Positions 7,509 through 18,360 are shown, numbered from the stretch's first letter. The stretch: DNA of 64,000 nt from Flavobacteriales bacterium (GCA_040377305.1 JBEIPA010000015.1:32001-96000); one strand, 5' to 3'. Numbers and translations are program-made. Notes: generated by a model not told the origin, from the sequence alone.

Positions 7509-10500
7509 ATGAACAAAATTACTCTACTTCTTGCCGGAATTGCACTCTCTGTTTCAACATACGCGCAGACGGTTGTTTTCCACGAAAACTTTGAAGTTTC
7601 TGACTCGGTAGTTGCATCCGGAAATCCACTCTGGATTCCTGATCTTACTCTGCAAAGTCAGGGATTAGCAAGTACACGAAACACCGTGGCAACGAACGAC
7701 TCTTCGTTCCTCATTACAAATACGTTCAGTACCGTTGGAAACACATTTGTAATTCTGGAATTCGATCAGATCTGTAAAATCGAATTTCTCGATATCGCTA
7801 CAATCTGGGCTTCGAACGATAACGGTGTTACATGGATACAGCTAACCGCTGCGGAATATCTCGGTACCGGTTCATTCGCAGGACTCGGCAACAAGTTTAA
7901 CTCTGCAGCTTATGGTTCGTTCTGGCTGCCGGGATTGAACGCTGCTGTTCCAAGCAATGCATGGTGGATGACAGAACAGTTCGACGTTTCTGCAATTCTT
8001 GGTAACGCGCCACAGTGTAAAATCAAGTTCACATTGAAAGATGCGAACGCGAACGGTGCAAACTCCAACTACGGATGGCTCATCGATGATCTTACAGTGG
8101 TGGCTTCGCCATCGGAATTATACCCTCCAGTGATTTCTCCAGGTCCACCATTGTGGGCAAACAACGTTTACAACTTCGGTCCTTACACCGTGAACGATAC
8201 CATTACAGATGCTTCGGGCATTGCCAGTGCAACACTTCACTATTCGGTGAACGGTGGTCCGGTTAACAACGTTCCGATGACAAATACTTCGGGCAATATC
8301 TGGTCAGGAGTTATTCCTGCAATGAACGACTCGGATACGGTTTGTTATTCAGTTGATGCGATTGATGCTTCTGCTGCGGCAAACGCAGCTGTTTGGCCTT
8401 CTGTAGGTTGTCAGCAATTCATTGTCCACGCAGGAATCACGTTCCCGTATTTCGATAACTACGACGGACAGAATGATTGGTCGGATACAGCAGTGAACAT
8501 ACTTTCTCAATGGGAATTGGGAATGCCAAACTACGGCGCAACTATTGGTACGCACTCCGGACCTAACGCCTGGGACATCAACCTGAGTATTCCTTACGAC
8601 AACAATGCAGCGTGCCGACTTGTTTCACCGGTATTTGATTTCTCTACAACGCTCAATGCCACTTTGAGTTTCTGGCACAATTACAACACGGAGAATTTTT
8701 GGGATGGTGTTCGCGTTGATTATACAACCGACGGTGTAACCTGGCAGGTACTCGGTATTCAGAATGACCCGAATGGTGTTAACTGGTACAACGCCCTGCT
8801 CAACTCCAGTAATCAGCCTGGTTGGGCCGGCTCAAGCGGCGGATGGGTGAAATCTGAATATGATCTTGCATTCCTGAATAACGTTGTTGGTCCGGTACAA
8901 TTCCGTTTTGTATTTACATCAGACGGAAGTGTAATTGGCGATGGCTATTCGATCGACGATTTCTCAATTCTTCCCCCATTCCCATTGGATGCAGAAGCAG
9001 TTCAGGTCGTGGCTCCGGATGCGAGCAGCTGTTTGCCTGTAGGAAATATTCCACTCAGCGTTTCATTATCAAACGAAGGTTCGAACCCGCTCGTGGGTCC
9101 ATTCGATATCGTGTATATTCTTGATAACGGAACTCCGGTTGTTGAGCAGTATCCTGGAACACTTGCTCCGGCAGTGACAGACACGTTCACTTTCGCAACA
9201 TTGCTGAACAATACTGCGGGCGCTCACACACTCGAATGGTTTATCGTTTATCCGGGAGATGGTTGGTCGCAGAATGATACTAACTCAATCACATACACGA
9301 CAAGCCCCGGCGTAACGATTCCTTACAACCAGGATTTCGAAAGTGGTCCGGTAAGTACAAACGATTTTTGTTTGTCAGGAACAGCGCAAGGTCAAGTTCA
9401 GTATTCAACTGCTGCGGGTAACAACAGTGGTGGTGGATTGTTGTTCGATGCGACCTCTTCAACCGGATGGGATTGGGGTGCAGACACAATCATCGCTTCG
9501 CCTTTCTACATCTGGGCACCAAACATCAGTGAAGATCAGCGTGCGAATGCGCGTTTGATTGTGAACACGAGTGGTTACACGGATCTGGTTCTGGAGTTCG
9601 ACACTAAGCTGAACTACAACTTCGCTGACGAATACACGAATTTCCGTGTGAAAGTGAACGGCACAATGATCACTCCGCACATGCGCCCCAACTTCGTTTC
9701 AACACCTTACGATCAGTTCCGTTACATGCTTACTTCGTTTCTGCCTGCGCCGTACCTGATTATCGATTTCGAATCGAGCTGTACGTATGATTTTCAGTTC
9801 AACGGAATCGGCGTGTTCCTGGATAACATTAATATCTATCATCCGGACAGTTTGGATTGTGGAGTTACTACAGTTACCACACCAACTTCAATGAGCATGG
9901 CTAACCAGGCTGTTACTGTTTCCGGTGTGATCAAGAACTACGGAACATCAACGCTGACGAGCATTCCGGTTGCATACGCCGTAAACGCAGGAACACCAGT
10001 TGTTGAAACGTGGACCGGAACACTTCCTCCGAACGGAACAACTACTTACACATTCACAACAACATTCACTTCGCCAACTGGACAGTATGACTTATGTCTG
10101 TGGACACAGCTCGCCGGAGATACTGCAACGTGGAATGACACAACGTGTGTTGCTCCTGTTGGAATGCAAGTGTTAGCTGTGCCTTACTTCGACGACTTCG
10201 AAGGGCCGCAGGTATTTGCAGCTGATGTAACGTACACTCCTTCATGGGAACTGGGGACACCGGTTGCTCCATTGATTACCGGAGCTTATTCCGGATCGAA
10301 TGCATGGGAAGTAAATCTCAACGGTCCTTACCAGAACAACAGCAATGAATTCCTGTACACGCCGTTCTTTGACTTCAGCACAGCAACGGATGTTGAAATG
10401 CGTTTCCAGCACTGGTACAATGCAGATAACTATTCTGACGGTGGTCGTGTCGATTACTCAACAGATGGTGGTAACACGTGGATTGTTCTTGGTCAGCAAT

Positions 10501-11930
10501 TCGATACAAACGGTGTGAGCTGGTACAACCAGAACTACCTCGGAAGTTCAATGCTGCCCGGATGGAGCGGAACAGGCGGATCTTACTTCCAGTCGCGTTA
10601 CGATCTTTCGATGTTCAACAACTTCCCAACACCGATCCAGTTCCGTTTTGTGTTCAGTGCCGACATGTACAACTTCGCGCAGGTTGATGGATGGGCAATT
10701 GATGATTTCGAATTGTACATGGATGTGAATGTAGCTACAAACACCATCAAGTTTGGTAACACATCTGAACTGCCATTACCGGGAAGCAATTTTGTGAAGA
10801 CGAATATTCAGAACAATGGTACGTTGCCGATTACAGGTTGTAACGCAACACTGAATATTGACGGGAACAACATTGTTACCGACGCGGTGGTATTCTCTCC
10901 GGCATTGCAGCCTGGACAAGCTCGTCAGCACGTGTTCTCACAACAATGGACTGGTGCTTCACCTGGATATCATGACGTTCGTACATGGGTAAGTGCTCCG
11001 AACGGATTGGCAGACACAAATCCGAATGATGATACTACACTGTGGCACATTTCAGTGATGGACACTTTCGCAACTTATCCATACTGTAACAACTTCGAAG
11101 TTGGTAACGGAGTTCCTGCGCTTACAACTATGAACGCACTTGATTTCGTTGACCGCAAGAATAGCTGGGAACAAGGAACACCATCGAAGAACATCATCAA
11201 TACTGCACACGCAGGAACAGGTGCATGGATGACAGATCTTACGTTGAATCACCTGCAGAACGACAGCTCGGGATTATTCCTGCCTGTGTTTGTAGTTGAC
11301 ACAGTGAACTGTTATCACCTCGAGTACTGGACGAATTACATGACACAAGCCAATATGGACGGTGGTGTGATTGAATTCTCTCACGACTATGGTGCAACCT
11401 GGCAGCGTTACGGCAATTTCAACGATCCGCAGTGGTACAACTACAATACCTGTGCTGGACTTGGTGCGGGAACACAACCAAACATCGGTGGAACTGGTGG
11501 TGGTTGGGTATTGCAACAGCGCGATATTCGTTTCCACACTGCGGGACCGGTGATCATTCGTTTCCGTTTTGGATCAAACAGCAGCATTCAGTCAGAAGGT
11601 TGGGCAGTAGATGACATCTGTTTCTCACGTATTCCGCCTTGTACAGTCGGAGTAGAAGAGAACGATATGTCCGGGCTTATCCTCGAAGATGCATACCCGA
11701 ATCCTTCTGGTACTTCAACTACTATCGGTTACAACCTGCCAGAGAATGGCGAAGTGACTTTGGTACTGCGTGATGTACTCGGAAATGAAATCATGATGTC
11801 GCAGTCGAACCAGTCTCAGGGCTATAACCAGTGGACTATCGACGTGAGCGGTCTAGCCGACGGAATTTACTTTTATGAGGTTCAGTTTGGCGACCAGATC
11901 TTAACTAAACGTCTGGTTGTCAGTCACTAA
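7509..11930 (+). CDS. Large T9SS (type A CTD) cargo protein with repeated jelly-roll (immune inhibitor A/MAM/cleaved-adhesin-like) and CARDB-like Ig modules
   Basis: Signal peptide YA-Q; repeated WE.G.P...AHSG..AW...DG..V.YS.DGG.TW...FRF.F...G..IDD modules; CTD AYPNP...LADGIYFYEV...TKRLVV. Confidence 0.9.
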   Translation: MNKITLLLAGIALSVSTYAQTVVFHENFEVSDSVVASGNPLWIPDLTLQSQGLASTRNTVATNDSSFLITNTFSTVGNTFVILEFDQICKIEFLDIATIWASNDNGVTWIQLTAAEYLGTGSFAGLGNKFNSAAYGSFWLPGLNAAVPSNAWWMTEQFDVSAILGNAPQCKIKFTLKDANANGANSNYGWLIDDLTVVASPSELYPPVISPGPPLWANNVYNFGPYTVNDTITDASGIASATLHYSVNGGPVNNVPMTNTSGNIWSGVIPAMNDSDTVCYSVDAIDASAAANAAVWPSVGCQQFIVHAGITFPYFDNYDGQNDWSDTAVNILSQWELGMPNYGATIGTHSGPNAWDINLSIPYDNNAACRLVSPVFDFSTTLNATLSFWHNYNTENFWDGVRVDYTTDGVTWQVLGIQNDPNGVNWYNALLNSSNQPGWAGSSGGWVKSEYDLAFLNNVVGPVQFRFVFTSDGSVIGDGYSIDDFSILPPFPLDAEAVQVVAPDASSCLPVGNIPLSVSLSNEGSNPLVGPFDIVYILDNGTPVVEQYPGTLAPAVTDTFTFATLLNNTAGAHTLEWFIVYPGDGWSQNDTNSITYTTSPGVTIPYNQDFESGPVSTNDFCLSGTAQGQVQYSTAAGNNSGGGLLFDATSSTGWDWGADTIIASPFYIWAPNISEDQRANARLIVNTSGYTDLVLEFDTKLNYNFADEYTNFRVKVNGTMITPHMRPNFVSTPYDQFRYMLTSFLPAPYLIIDFESSCTYDFQFNGIGVFLDNINIYHPDSLDCGVTTVTTPTSMSMANQAVTVSGVIKNYGTSTLTSIPVAYAVNAGTPVVETWTGTLPPNGTTTYTFTTTFTSPTGQYDLCLWTQLAGDTATWNDTTCVAPVGMQVLAVPYFDDFEGPQVFAADVTYTPSWELGTPVAPLITGAYSGSNAWEVNLNGPYQNNSNEFLYTPFFDFSTATDVEMRFQHWYNADNYSDGGRVDYSTDGGNTWIVLGQQFDTNGVSWYNQNYLGSSMLPGWSGTGGSYFQSRYDLSMFNNFPTPIQFRFVFSADMYNFAQVDGWAIDDFELYMDVNVATNTIKFGNTSELPLPGSNFVKTNIQNNGTLPITGCNATLNIDGNNIVTDAVVFSPALQPGQARQHVFSQQWTGASPGYHDVRTWVSAPNGLADTNPNDDTTLWHISVMDTFATYPYCNNFEVGNGVPALTTMNALDFVDRKNSWEQGTPSKNIINTAHAGTGAWMTDLTLNHLQNDSSGLFLPVFVVDTVNCYHLEYWTNYMTQANMDGGVIEFSHDYGATWQRYGNFNDPQWYNYNTCAGLGAGTQPNIGGTGGGWVLQQRDIRFHTAGPVIIRFRFGSNSSIQSEGWAVDDICFSRIPPCTVGVEENDMSGLILEDAYPNPSGTSTTIGYNLPENGEVTLVLRDVLGNEIMMSQSNQSQGYNQWTIDVSGLADGIYFYEVQFGDQILTKRLVVSH

Positions 11931-11951
11931 TAGTCAGTAAATGAAACCATG

Positions 11952-11979
11952 GAAAGACCTGTTTTCGGACAGGTCTTTC
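11952..11979 (+). terminator. Intrinsic terminator-like hairpin
   Basis: Perfect 11-bp stem gaaagacctgt / acaggtctttc with a tttcgg loop, 21 bp after the T9SS gene stop. Confidence 0.75.
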
Positions 11980-12015
11980 TGCATTGTCAGGATTCTGTTC
12001 TGGCAGTGATGAGAG

Positions 12016-12043
12016 TGTATCTTTTCACCTGCGGATCGTTATA
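12016..12043 (+). promoter_or_regulatory. Possible ECF-sigma (autoregulatory) promoter TGTATC-N15-CGTTATA
   Basis: Resembles the TGTAAC...CGT ECF consensus; ~22 bp upstream of the sigma ATG. Confidence 0.4.
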
Positions 12044-12064
12044 AGTGCAACAAAGCAGTTGCCA

Positions 12065-12679
12065 ATGCGGTCCATAACAATGAAACCCCCACATATGGAG
12101 GTTGTCTCAAAATACCATTTTACCAGGGAGGACATGCAGCAAGAGCAGATCCTGGTGGAAGCGGCGAAGGCGGACCCTGAGCAGTTCAGGGGTCTGTATA
12201 GCCGGTATTACGAGCGCATCTTCCTGTACGTGTGGCAGAGGTTAGACGACAAAGAAGTTGCACATGATGTGACTTCGCAGGTGTTTCTGAAAGCGATGCA
12301 GAACCTGTACAAGTACGAATTCAAAGGCGTTCCGTTTGCTTCGTGGTTGTATAGGATCGCAAAGAGCGAAGTGTACACCGTGTTGCGTAAGCAACAAACA
12401 CAACGAACTGTGAATATCGATTCCGTTGGAATGGGTGACATGGTTCAGGAAATGGAAGAGGATCAGTATGCAGAGTGGATGCCTGTTTTGTCGGCTGCGG
12501 TCGCAGATCTGGAGGAGGACGATTTGCAGATGATCGAAATGAGATTTTTTGAGAAGCGACCGTTCAAAGAGATTGCAGACATTCTCGATATCACGGAGAA
12601 CAATGCGAAAGTGAAAACGTACCGCATCCTCGAAAAGCTCAAAAAAATTCTGATTCAAAAAAAGAAAAACCGGGCGTAA
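12065..12679 (+). CDS. ECF-type RNA polymerase sigma-70 factor
   Basis: Region 2 AHDVTSQVFLKA...FASWLYRIA; region 4.2 PFKEIADILDITENNAKVKTYR. Start moved to ATG 12065; 12080 and 12095 are alternatives. Confidence 0.93.
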   Translation: MRSITMKPPHMEVVSKYHFTREDMQQEQILVEAAKADPEQFRGLYSRYYERIFLYVWQRLDDKEVAHDVTSQVFLKAMQNLYKYEFKGVPFASWLYRIAKSEVYTVLRKQQTQRTVNIDSVGMGDMVQEMEEDQYAEWMPVLSAAVADLEEDDLQMIEMRFFEKRPFKEIADILDITENNAKVKTYRILEKLKKILIQKKKNRA

Positions 12680-12706
12680 TCGTCCAGACAATTCATAGCG
12701 AATGCC

Positions 12707-14413
12707 ATGAAAAACTACAAGATTAATATTGACAAACCGAAACCTACGCAGGAAGAAATTCTTTCGGGGCAGAATTTTGATCAGCTTCTCAAGCAGTACA
12801 ATGCTGCACCGGGAAAGGTGATTAAGAAACCGTTCTGGCAAAAAGGTGGGTTCATCGGTTCTGTTGCTGCAGTTGCTGCTACCATTGCTATCATTATGAT
12901 GGTCGTGAAGGGCAACAACAACAGCATTACAGATGAACAGCAAGGGCCAGTTATTGTGGACAACGGAAATATTCCGGTTGTTGATACTGCAGGTCAGAAT
13001 AATTCCGGGAACAACACAGCATGGGCTCCTACGAAGAAGAAAGTTGCACCTCCTTTGGCTGGTGTGAATATTCCATTCCGGGAGTACAAGGTGAGTGCGA
13101 AGTCGGGCGGAACAATTTTATATCCGAGCGGTACTAAAGTTTCTTTCCAGCCAAACAGTTTTGTTGATGCAAATGGAAAACCGGTTTCAGGAAATGTAGA
13201 AGTTGAGTATCGCGAGATGCATGATGCGGTTGATTTCTTCCTCGCAGGAATTCCAATGGAGTACGATTCAGCAGGCGCAACTTACATTCTCGAGTCGGCA
13301 GGTATGATGGAAATTGCTGCGTTCGTGAACGGTAAAGTGGTTTATCTCGACAAGAATAAGCCGATGAAAGTTGAAATGGCTTCGGCACAAACCGGTACGG
13401 ATTACAACCTGTATCAGTTTGATTCTGTTGCGGGAAATTGGTCGTACATCGGCAAAGACAAAGTGGCTGAGATGCCTTACCCGAAAGACATGCGTGCCCA
13501 GGATTCTCTGGAAGCATTGCAGTCGTGGGTGGCAGCACAGAATACGAGAAATCCATTTTGCGGTGGAACTAAAAAAGGGAAACCGGTTGATGCTACACGT
13601 CCGTTGAAAGCCGATCCTTCAAAGAATCGTTTCGTAGTTGACTTCAACAAGAAAGAATTTCCGGAGATGGCTTCGTATGAGAATGTGATTTTCGAAGTTG
13701 ATGAATCGAAAGAGAAATTCGATGCATCAAACTACAATGTAACGTGGGAGTCGATTATTCTTGCACGTGGTAACGAAGCGAAGAAGTACACACTCACCTT
13801 GAAGAAAGGTTTGAAAACGACTGTGCTTGCAGTTTATCCGGTTCTGGATGGAGCGGAGTATGATGCTCAGATTGCAAAATATGACGCAGCACACGCACAG
13901 TATCTGAAAGACAGTGCGAACTATACAGAGTATGTTGGTATGGGTGGCGGAAGTCCGAATTTCAACATGAATAGTTTATTTGAATTTGATGCTGCGGCTG
14001 CAAAAGACAACGCATTGAGTTACGACATGCAGCGTAGTTTTGAATTGAGTGGTTTCGGAATCTTCAACACAGATAAGCCCGAAGCTCTGCCGAAAGGTTC
14101 TGTTCTTGAACTCGCATTGAACACTCCGGACGATCAGGCATTCAGTGGTTACACGTATTCACACGTTGACCGCACACGTAACTCGGTGATGACGTATGCA
14201 AGCGGATCTAAGTTCTATTGCAACACACGTTCGCAGAATCTGATCTGGGCGGTGCAGAATGGTGAGCTTTATTATGCCGAACAACCGAGCTTCTCGAACT
14301 TACCGCTCGTTGGGAAAGCTGTAGTAACGCTGAAGAAAGTGGGCAAAACGTTGAAGAATGCCGATGAAATGCGCGCCTTCTTTGGTTTGAAAGCTCCGGT
14401 AGAATCGAAATAA
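12707..14413 (+). CDS. Putative single-pass anti-sigma factor with a large periplasmic domain
   Basis: Directly follows the ECF sigma; ~45-aa cytoplasmic N-terminus, one TM helix (FIGSVAAVAATIAIIMMVV), Asn-rich linker, periplasmic domain with LESAGM and FG.FN.D motifs. Confidence 0.6.
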   Translation: MKNYKINIDKPKPTQEEILSGQNFDQLLKQYNAAPGKVIKKPFWQKGGFIGSVAAVAATIAIIMMVVKGNNNSITDEQQGPVIVDNGNIPVVDTAGQNNSGNNTAWAPTKKKVAPPLAGVNIPFREYKVSAKSGGTILYPSGTKVSFQPNSFVDANGKPVSGNVEVEYREMHDAVDFFLAGIPMEYDSAGATYILESAGMMEIAAFVNGKVVYLDKNKPMKVEMASAQTGTDYNLYQFDSVAGNWSYIGKDKVAEMPYPKDMRAQDSLEALQSWVAAQNTRNPFCGGTKKGKPVDATRPLKADPSKNRFVVDFNKKEFPEMASYENVIFEVDESKEKFDASNYNVTWESIILARGNEAKKYTLTLKKGLKTTVLAVYPVLDGAEYDAQIAKYDAAHAQYLKDSANYTEYVGMGGGSPNFNMNSLFEFDAAAAKDNALSYDMQRSFELSGFGIFNTDKPEALPKGSVLELALNTPDDQAFSGYTYSHVDRTRNSVMTYASGSKFYCNTRSQNLIWAVQNGELYYAEQPSFSNLPLVGKAVVTLKKVGKTLKNADEMRAFFGLKAPVESK

Positions 14414-14424
14414 TTCAGGGTAGC

Positions 14425-15207
14425 ATGCGGTCGTTGTTGAACATTTTGCTGTTGTTGCCGTTGGGTTTGTTCGCACAGACAGTGAGACCTTATGACCCTG
14501 TGGCATTCAATAAACCACCGGATGTGGTTGCAGTACCCGACACGCCGCCTAAACCTGTCAATCAGGGTGTGATCAAAGTGCGCAAGCCGGTGATACGCCC
14601 TTACTTCAAATGCGAATATTATCTCACGCTAGCGAGTGTGAGATGGGTGCAGGTTCCTATTGAAACGCCACGCGGAATAGAAATGGATAAGGTACCCATG
14701 TTCGATTCTTCGTACAGCAGGTCATTCGACCGTTTATATCCTCAAAAAGAAATTCACTTTTCACGTCAGTTGGTCGACACCATCGACTTTGCGTATTCGT
14801 TTGAGGACACTGCAAGTTGCGATACGATGATGGTTGAAATGTGGATTGGAACGAATGGAAAGGTGAAATGGAAAGAGGCCGATACGGTATATACCGGAAG
14901 TATGCCTTCAGAGTTAAAGGCGGAACTCTATCGTTACGCTATGTCCATTTCTGATTGGGGTAAAGGAGGAGGCTATAAGGAACCTAAGAAATTTATGCGC
15001 AAGCAACATCGGGCAGCCGAGAATTACTACTGCATGTTGTACATCATCGCTTCAGCAAAACCTTTAACTGCAGAACAACGTCACACCGGTGCGCGTTATG
15101 CTCCATTCGATATTCCATTGAATTCTCCTGCGGGAGACGAGCAGGAGCGGGATTTCATTGAAGGCAATCGCGTCAATCCAGGCAATGATTCAATTCCGAA
15201 AAGATAG
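14425..15207 (+). CDS. Secreted hypothetical protein, possible TonB C-terminal-like fold
   Basis: Signal peptide LFA-Q, Pro-rich linker, MMVEMWIGTNGKVK beta-hairpin motif. Confidence 0.5.
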   Translation: MRSLLNILLLLPLGLFAQTVRPYDPVAFNKPPDVVAVPDTPPKPVNQGVIKVRKPVIRPYFKCEYYLTLASVRWVQVPIETPRGIEMDKVPMFDSSYSRSFDRLYPQKEIHFSRQLVDTIDFAYSFEDTASCDTMMVEMWIGTNGKVKWKEADTVYTGSMPSELKAELYRYAMSISDWGKGGGYKEPKKFMRKQHRAAENYYCMLYIIASAKPLTAEQRHTGARYAPFDIPLNSPAGDEQERDFIEGNRVNPGNDSIPKR

Positions 15208-15880
15208 GATACTTCTTCTTTTTCTGTTGACGATTGGATTCACCTTTGCGTCTTCTTCGGTATTCGCTCAGGCAAACGATTCTGTGGCGCAAGGTGTAAT
15301 CAAAGTTCGTCGTTCACAGGTCCCATCAGTTTACACTGTGAAAATGAGTTACAGTTATGGATCTTCAAGTCGGGTTCTTTTTAGTTGGGGTAGAAAAAGT
15401 GGGAAGTCTGGCGGACGACAGGAACAGGACGCAGTTTATTCTCCTCCCGATCCGGTGCGATTGGAACCGAACCTCAATGATTCTAATCAAACGCTGTTAG
15501 ACAGTTCCTATATAATCGGTTACTACAATGCGCGGAAAAAGCCGGCGGAGGAATTTCCCTGGGAAGAATGGCTGAACCAAAATCCGCATACATTCGAATG
15601 GGATGATACATCGGGCATCGATAGCGTTTCATTCGATCTCGAAATCAATGCACGCGGACAAATGCGGATCAGGAGCTATGCTCACCAAGGAGATAGCTCT
15701 TCTATTGCACTGGCGGAAAAGCTTCTGCCGGTAATTAAAAAACTATGGCTGTGGTATCCTGCAAGCATGGTTACGAATGACGGGAGCAAAGTCAAGAAAG
15801 TGAGTTGCGTTGTCCGAATGAAGGTTTACGCAGTGAAATTGGGCTACGGACAAAATCTGCCGCTCAAAATTGTTGACTAG
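15185..15880 (+). CDS. Secreted hypothetical protein, possible TonB C-terminal-like fold
   Basis: Signal peptide VFA-Q; VSFDLEINARGQM...WYPA...KVKKVSCVVRMKV resembles TonB_C; ATG at 15185. Confidence 0.5.
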   Translation: MIQFRKDRILLLFLLTIGFTFASSSVFAQANDSVAQGVIKVRRSQVPSVYTVKMSYSYGSSSRVLFSWGRKSGKSGGRQEQDAVYSPPDPVRLEPNLNDSNQTLLDSSYIIGYYNARKKPAEEFPWEEWLNQNPHTFEWDDTSGIDSVSFDLEINARGQMRIRSYAHQGDSSSIALAEKLLPVIKKLWLWYPASMVTNDGSKVKKVSCVVRMKVYAVKLGYGQNLPLKIVD

Positions 15881-17043
15881 CGAGGCAATTCTACACCTTG
15901 CACACCTGTCATACGATCCCGTAGTTTCAGAATAGGCCTGTCGAAGAACCGGTAAATGAGAAATGCCGCTGCGAGTATCAAGGCCGTGCGCACAATGAAA
16001 AAGAGAATGAATGCCACAATCTCGCTGCCGGAAATTCCAAGCAGCAATTCCATCACACGTTGTCCGAATTCACTGTGCGTATTCATCCACTCATAAAAGA
16101 ACGGATGAATCAGGTAAATAGCATACGACATAACGCTTCCGTAAGTGACCAGTTTATAGATCAGTTTACCGGCGATCGTACGCTGTTGAGGCATAGTCCA
16201 TCGCATGGAATATGGAATGGTCAGCGCCATGGCTGCAGACAACGCAAGGAAGCCGATGATGGGAAGAATCCAGGCCAGTATTGCTCGGGCAGAAGACTGT
16301 ACGCCATATTGAACGAGAATTACATAACCAACACAAAAAGCCGTCCCCGCAATGAACCATCTCAGCTTTGTGAGTTGAGTAAAAATGGAATGCTTAATAT
16401 GATGCAGATAGGCCAGCAATACACCGCAGAACAATGAATCAAAACGGAAGGGAGGAATTGCTTTCATCACCCAATAGTTCCCAACGAGATTGTCGCGTGT
16501 CAGAATATAGGCTAATCGTAGAAGAATCACCGACGCCATGAACAACACAAAAGCGCCGATCACTTTTTTCGGGTCACTGAATCTCCGGCACACAACAATT
16601 GCAAATAAAGGAGCTACCAGGTAAAACCATTCTTCTACCGCAACCGACCAGGAATGGACAAAGAAGTTTGGGTACATGTGAAAGTTCTGCAGAAAGACTG
16701 CGTAATACGCGATGGCCTTACCCGGAACTTCCGGATGCAGAAGCCACTCGGCCACAAGAACGATATAGTAAAGCGGAAGAATGCGCCACCAGCGCCGATA
16801 CAGGAACGTCAATAGCGTTCTGCGTGCCGGCAATTGTTGATCGATGTCGCGAAACAATATTCCTCCAATCAGAAATCCGCTGAGGACAAAAAATATTTCC
16901 AGCGCGAAGAGCCCGATTTTTGATCTGCCGAGAAATTCATAGTCTAACGAAGAATGCTGAACAAGTACCAGTAAAAGTGCGAAGACACGGACTACATCGA
17001 GACCGAAGTTTCTTTGCTTCGTATGGATCGCATCCGTAGTCAA
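15877..17043 (-). CDS. Acyltransferase family 3 (OafA/YrhL-like) membrane protein
   Basis: RNFGLDVVR, FFVLSGFLI, RRWWRILPLYY, HSWSVAVEEWFY, SYAIYLIH; TTG start. Confidence 0.92.
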   Translation of the reverse strand: MTTDAIHTKQRNFGLDVVRVFALLLVLVQHSSLDYEFLGRSKIGLFALEIFFVLSGFLIGGILFRDIDQQLPARRTLLTFLYRRWWRILPLYYIVLVAEWLLHPEVPGKAIAYYAVFLQNFHMYPNFFVHSWSVAVEEWFYLVAPLFAIVVCRRFSDPKKVIGAFVLFMASVILLRLAYILTRDNLVGNYWVMKAIPPFRFDSLFCGVLLAYLHHIKHSIFTQLTKLRWFIAGTAFCVGYVILVQYGVQSSARAILAWILPIIGFLALSAAMALTIPYSMRWTMPQQRTIAGKLIYKLVTYGSVMSYAIYLIHPFFYEWMNTHSEFGQRVMELLLGISGSEIVAFILFFIVRTALILAAAFLIYRFFDRPILKLRDRMTGVQGVELPR

Positions 17044-17050
17044 TCAGCGT

Positions 17051-18325
17051 TTATGAAGCGAAGAGTTTGTACTTCTTCATCATCGTATTCACCTGCTTTT
17101 TCACCGCTGCAATTTTCTTTTCGTCTTCATGGTTTGCGAGCACCAGGTCAATAAGTTCTACGATTTTCGGAATCTGTTTTTCTTTCAGTCCGCGTGAAGT
17201 AATTGCAGGAGTTCCGATACGAATTCCGGAAGTAACAAATGGAGACTTGTCATCAAACGGAACCATATTCTTGTTCACCGTGATGTCCGCTTTTACCAAT
17301 GCGTTCTCTGCCTGTTTGCCGGTGATGTTCTTGTTACGAAGATCAATAAGCATACAGTGGTTGTCTGTTCCGCCTGAAACGACATGGTAACCACGTTTCA
17401 TGAATTCATCAGACATCACTTTTGCATTCTTCACCACCTGAATTGCATACTTGAGGAATCCTTCAGAAAGCGCTTCGCCATAAGCAACTGCTTTAGATGC
17501 AATCACGTGTTCGAGCGGTCCGCCTTGTGTTCCCGGGAAAACAGCTCCGTCAAGAACAGCGGACATCATTTTGATTTCACCTTTCGGCGTTTTGAGTCCC
17601 CAAGGATTTGGAAAATCTTTACCCATCATGATCATTCCACCACGAGGTCCGCGCAAAGTTTTATGCGTAGTTGTTGTTACGATATGACAATGCGGAAGCG
17701 GATCGTTCAATATTCCACGTGCAATCAATCCTGCCGGGTGAGAAATATCTGCCATTAACAATGCGCCAACGCTGTCTGCTATTTTGCGCAGGCGTACGTA
17801 GTCCCAATCGCGGGAATAGGCAGAAGCACCGCAGATAATCATTTTCGGTTTTTCTTCTTTGGCTTTCGCTTCTACTTTCTTGTAATCGATGCGACCGGTT
17901 TCTCTTTCTACACCGTAGAATGTAGCGCGGTATAATTTCCCGGAGAAGTTCACAGGAGATCCATGCGTAAGGTGTCCGCCATGCGATAAATCAAAACCAA
18001 GAATGGTATCACCCGGATTCAGGCAACCGAGCATTACTGCAGCATTCGCCTGTGCGCCTGAGTGCGGTTGTACGTTTACCCATTCCGCGTTGAACAATTG
18101 CTTCGCACGGTCAATGGCAAGCTGTTCTACTTTATCTACAATTTCACATCCACCATAATAGCGCTTTCCGGGAAGTCCTTCTGCATATTTATTGGTGAGT
18201 ACAGAGCCCATTGCTTTCATCACCTGATCGCTGACGAAATTTTCAGATGCAATAAGTTCGATTCCGCTTTTCTGGCGGTGAAGTTCTTCAGAAATGTACT
18301 TGAAGATGATGGTGTCTTTTTTCAT
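17051..18325 (-). CDS. glyA: Serine hydroxymethyltransferase
   Basis: [45 protein letters not shown] (PLP lysine). Confidence 0.99.
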   Translation of the reverse strand: MKKDTIIFKYISEELHRQKSGIELIASENFVSDQVMKAMGSVLTNKYAEGLPGKRYYGGCEIVDKVEQLAIDRAKQLFNAEWVNVQPHSGAQANAAVMLGCLNPGDTILGFDLSHGGHLTHGSPVNFSGKLYRATFYGVERETGRIDYKKVEAKAKEEKPKMIICGASAYSRDWDYVRLRKIADSVGALLMADISHPAGLIARGILNDPLPHCHIVTTTTHKTLRGPRGGMIMMGKDFPNPWGLKTPKGEIKMMSAVLDGAVFPGTQGGPLEHVIASKAVAYGEALSEGFLKYAIQVVKNAKVMSDEFMKRGYHVVSGGTDNHCMLIDLRNKNITGKQAENALVKADITVNKNMVPFDDKSPFVTSGIRIGTPAITSRGLKEKQIPKIVELIDLVLANHEDEKKIAAVKKQVNTMMKKYKLFAS

Positions 18326-18360
18326 AGTCAAAGTGAATCAGCCATTGATGTTGGGCAGGA

